Under the pieces are notes generated by a model. The model ran no database searches. It saw only the letters and a list, made by a program, of their open reading frames with translations, and was not told where the DNA came from. Made by a program: the position numbers and the translations under genes. Below are positions 62,338 to 64,000 of a DNA stretch of 64,000 bases, piece by piece (the first letter of the stretch is position 1; each line of letters opens with the position of its first letter). Source of the stretch: Pelagomonas calceolata (taxonomy: Eukaryota); NCBI GenBank assembly GCA_918797485.1, contig CAKKNE010000002.1, forward strand, positions 5,270,001 through 5,334,000, written 5' to 3'.

Positions 62338-63590
62338 ATGCAACGCCTGTGTCTCCTCCTCCCGCTGGCAAGCGCGCTGCTGGCACCCATCTCTCCTGCT
62401 GCACGCACCATTGCCGTGCGGCCAAACAGCTACTTGGACGACCTGCCCGCGGCCGCCGCGACGAAACCTGCGCCGGCACCGGTCGCCGCGCCTGCCCCGG
62501 CGCCGGCCCCGTCGCCCGTCGCCGCGGCCCCCGCGCCCGCGCCCGCGCCCGCCGCGGCGCCCGCGACGCCGGTCGCCGGCGACGTGCCCGCCGTTATTGT
62601 GGGATCCGGCGGCCGCATCGGCGGCATGCTCCTCAAGGACGGCGACGCCGCCTGGACGTCGACGAGCGGCTGGCCCGCCGACGCGCCCAAGGAGGGCCCC
62701 ATCTACGTCTGCACGCGCAATGATGCGTTGGAAGGTATCATCGCGGCGACGCCGGAGAATCGGAGAAAGGACCTCTGCTTCCTCCAGAACGGCATGCTGG
62801 GACCCTTCTTGGAAGCTCAAGGCCTGCCGGACGCGACGCAGATCCTCATGTACGTCGCGGTCGCCAAAAAAGGTGAAGAACCGACTGATGGTATTACTGA
62901 TGCGAACCCCGAGGGCCTGACGACGGCCACGGGCAAGTGGGCGAACGCGTTTCAAGCGAGGCTGGTCAATCACTGTGTGGAAAATTTTACGGCGCGTTCG
63001 TGCTGAATCATCGCGTCGTCCTCCACGCCATCGACGCGACGCCTGCTCGATGGCGTGGCGATGCCGGTTCCTCGCCGCTCGACCGAGCCAGGTCGGCCGC
63101 GTCATCGCCGAGAAATGACTTAGTGAAGAATTGTCGGGTGCACCCGATGCACTGGTTGATTTCCACACAGGTCAATCAGGGCCTCACGTGCCACGTCAAG
63201 GACGGCGACGCCTTCACGATCGCCATGCTCGAGAAGCACGTCTGGATCTGCGCGTTCATGTTAGTCGGCGCTTCTCACGGCGGCTGCACCGTCGGCGAGG
63301 TCGAGTCGACGTACACCAAAGAGTTCGAGGCTCTGGCCAGTGAGATGATGACGGCGGGCGCCGCTGCATTAAATGTGGACGTCGCCGACGGGTACTTGGA
63401 CCGCCTCAAGGCCTACGCGCGCGCGGTTTCGCACTTCCCGACGGCGGTCAAGGAGTTCGAGTGGCGCAACGGCTGGTTCTACAAGCTGACCTGTGACGCG
63501 GTCAAGGCGGGCCGCGAGGACCCCATGCCGCTGCACACGCAGGCGCTCTACGACCTCAAGCTGCCGCTGCCGATCGCGTGGATCAACTAG
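62338..63590 (+). CDS. Plastid-targeted ketopantoate-reductase-like protein (348 aa); exons 62338-62964 and 63171-63590
   Basis: Signal peptide ending ASAL, Pro/Ala linker, VIVGSGGRIG, IYVCTRND, FLQNG, EK.VWIC; introner removal gives RLVNQGLT. Confidence 0.75.
62965..63178 (+). mobile_element. Introner element 3: intron 62965-63170 (GT-AG, 206 bp), element 62973-63170
   Basis: Perfect TSD GTCAATCA at 62965-62972 and 63171-63178; TIR CTGTGTGGAAA/TTTCCACACAG. Confidence 0.92.
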
Positions 63591-63639
63591 GCAGTGTTCT
63601 AATATGGGTCTGGAGTCTTAGTTCGGGGCGCGCGGGTTC

Positions 63640-64000
63640 CTAGTAATCCCGGTACCAGGCAGCGGCGTGCACGTCGTTGGGCTTCGGCGTGACGGGGATT
63701 TTCCGGAAGACGGGGCTTCGGAGCGACGGTGGGCAGCAGCACTCGCACCGGCCCGCGAAGGCGGGGCCGTCGTACTCGAACGGGAAGCAGACGCTCTCTT
63801 TCACGCCTCCAAACCGGAAATAGTAATCATCTTCTTCAAACACGTTGTCGCGCTTCGCTGCGATGTCCTCGGCGACCGCTCGGGACCAGCGCGACACGTC
63901 CAGCGCCAGCTTCCAGCCGCTGAGCGCCTTGACGGTCGCGCCGAGGGACGCGGTCCGCGCCGGATCGTGGAGGCGCGACTCGAGGAGCGCCTGGACGTCG
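63640..64000 (-). CDS. Hypothetical protein, 5'-partial
   Basis: Frame is open from the window edge to the stop at 63640; no family recognised. Confidence 0.45.
   Translation of the reverse strand, partial: DVQALLESRLHDPARTASLGATVKALSGWKLALDVSRWSRAVAEDIAAKRDNVFEEDDYYFRFGGVKESVCFPFEYDGPAFAGRCECCCPPSLRSPVFRKIPVTPKPNDVHAAAWYRDY

Overview
GC-rich, very gene-dense eukaryotic nuclear DNA from a photosynthetic stramenopile. It is most likely a pelagophyte such as Pelagomonas or Aureococcus; this is inferred from fucoxanthin-type LHC genes with bipartite presequences, few short introns and TIR/TSD introner introns. About 30 protein-coding genes are supported: a GH3 glycosidase, a head-to-head calmodulin pair, five LHC/FCP genes, several enzymes and transporters, and some large multidomain proteins. 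Many supplied ORFs are split or extended by introns that can be resolved from the sequence. Highlights: (1) three introner DNA-transposon introns with 8-bp TSD and CTGTGTGGAAA TIRs, present in both orientations, plus likely decayed relatives; (2) a recurrent 21-22 bp CTAGCG-N3/4-GTAAGACACTAG motif found only upstream of genes, mostly in divergent promoters; (3) an ARM-LRR-CHAT protease-NB-ARC protein with an inverted NLR-like layout; (4) a TGATG stop/start overlap suggesting a bicistronic locus; (5) an mTERF-DNL zinc finger fusion with an internal presequence-like linker; (6) a back-to-back chimera of two truncated RING/TPR paralogs flanked by direct repeats. No rRNA, tRNA or CRISPR array was recognised. 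Domain calls come from motif recognition by eye, not database searches.
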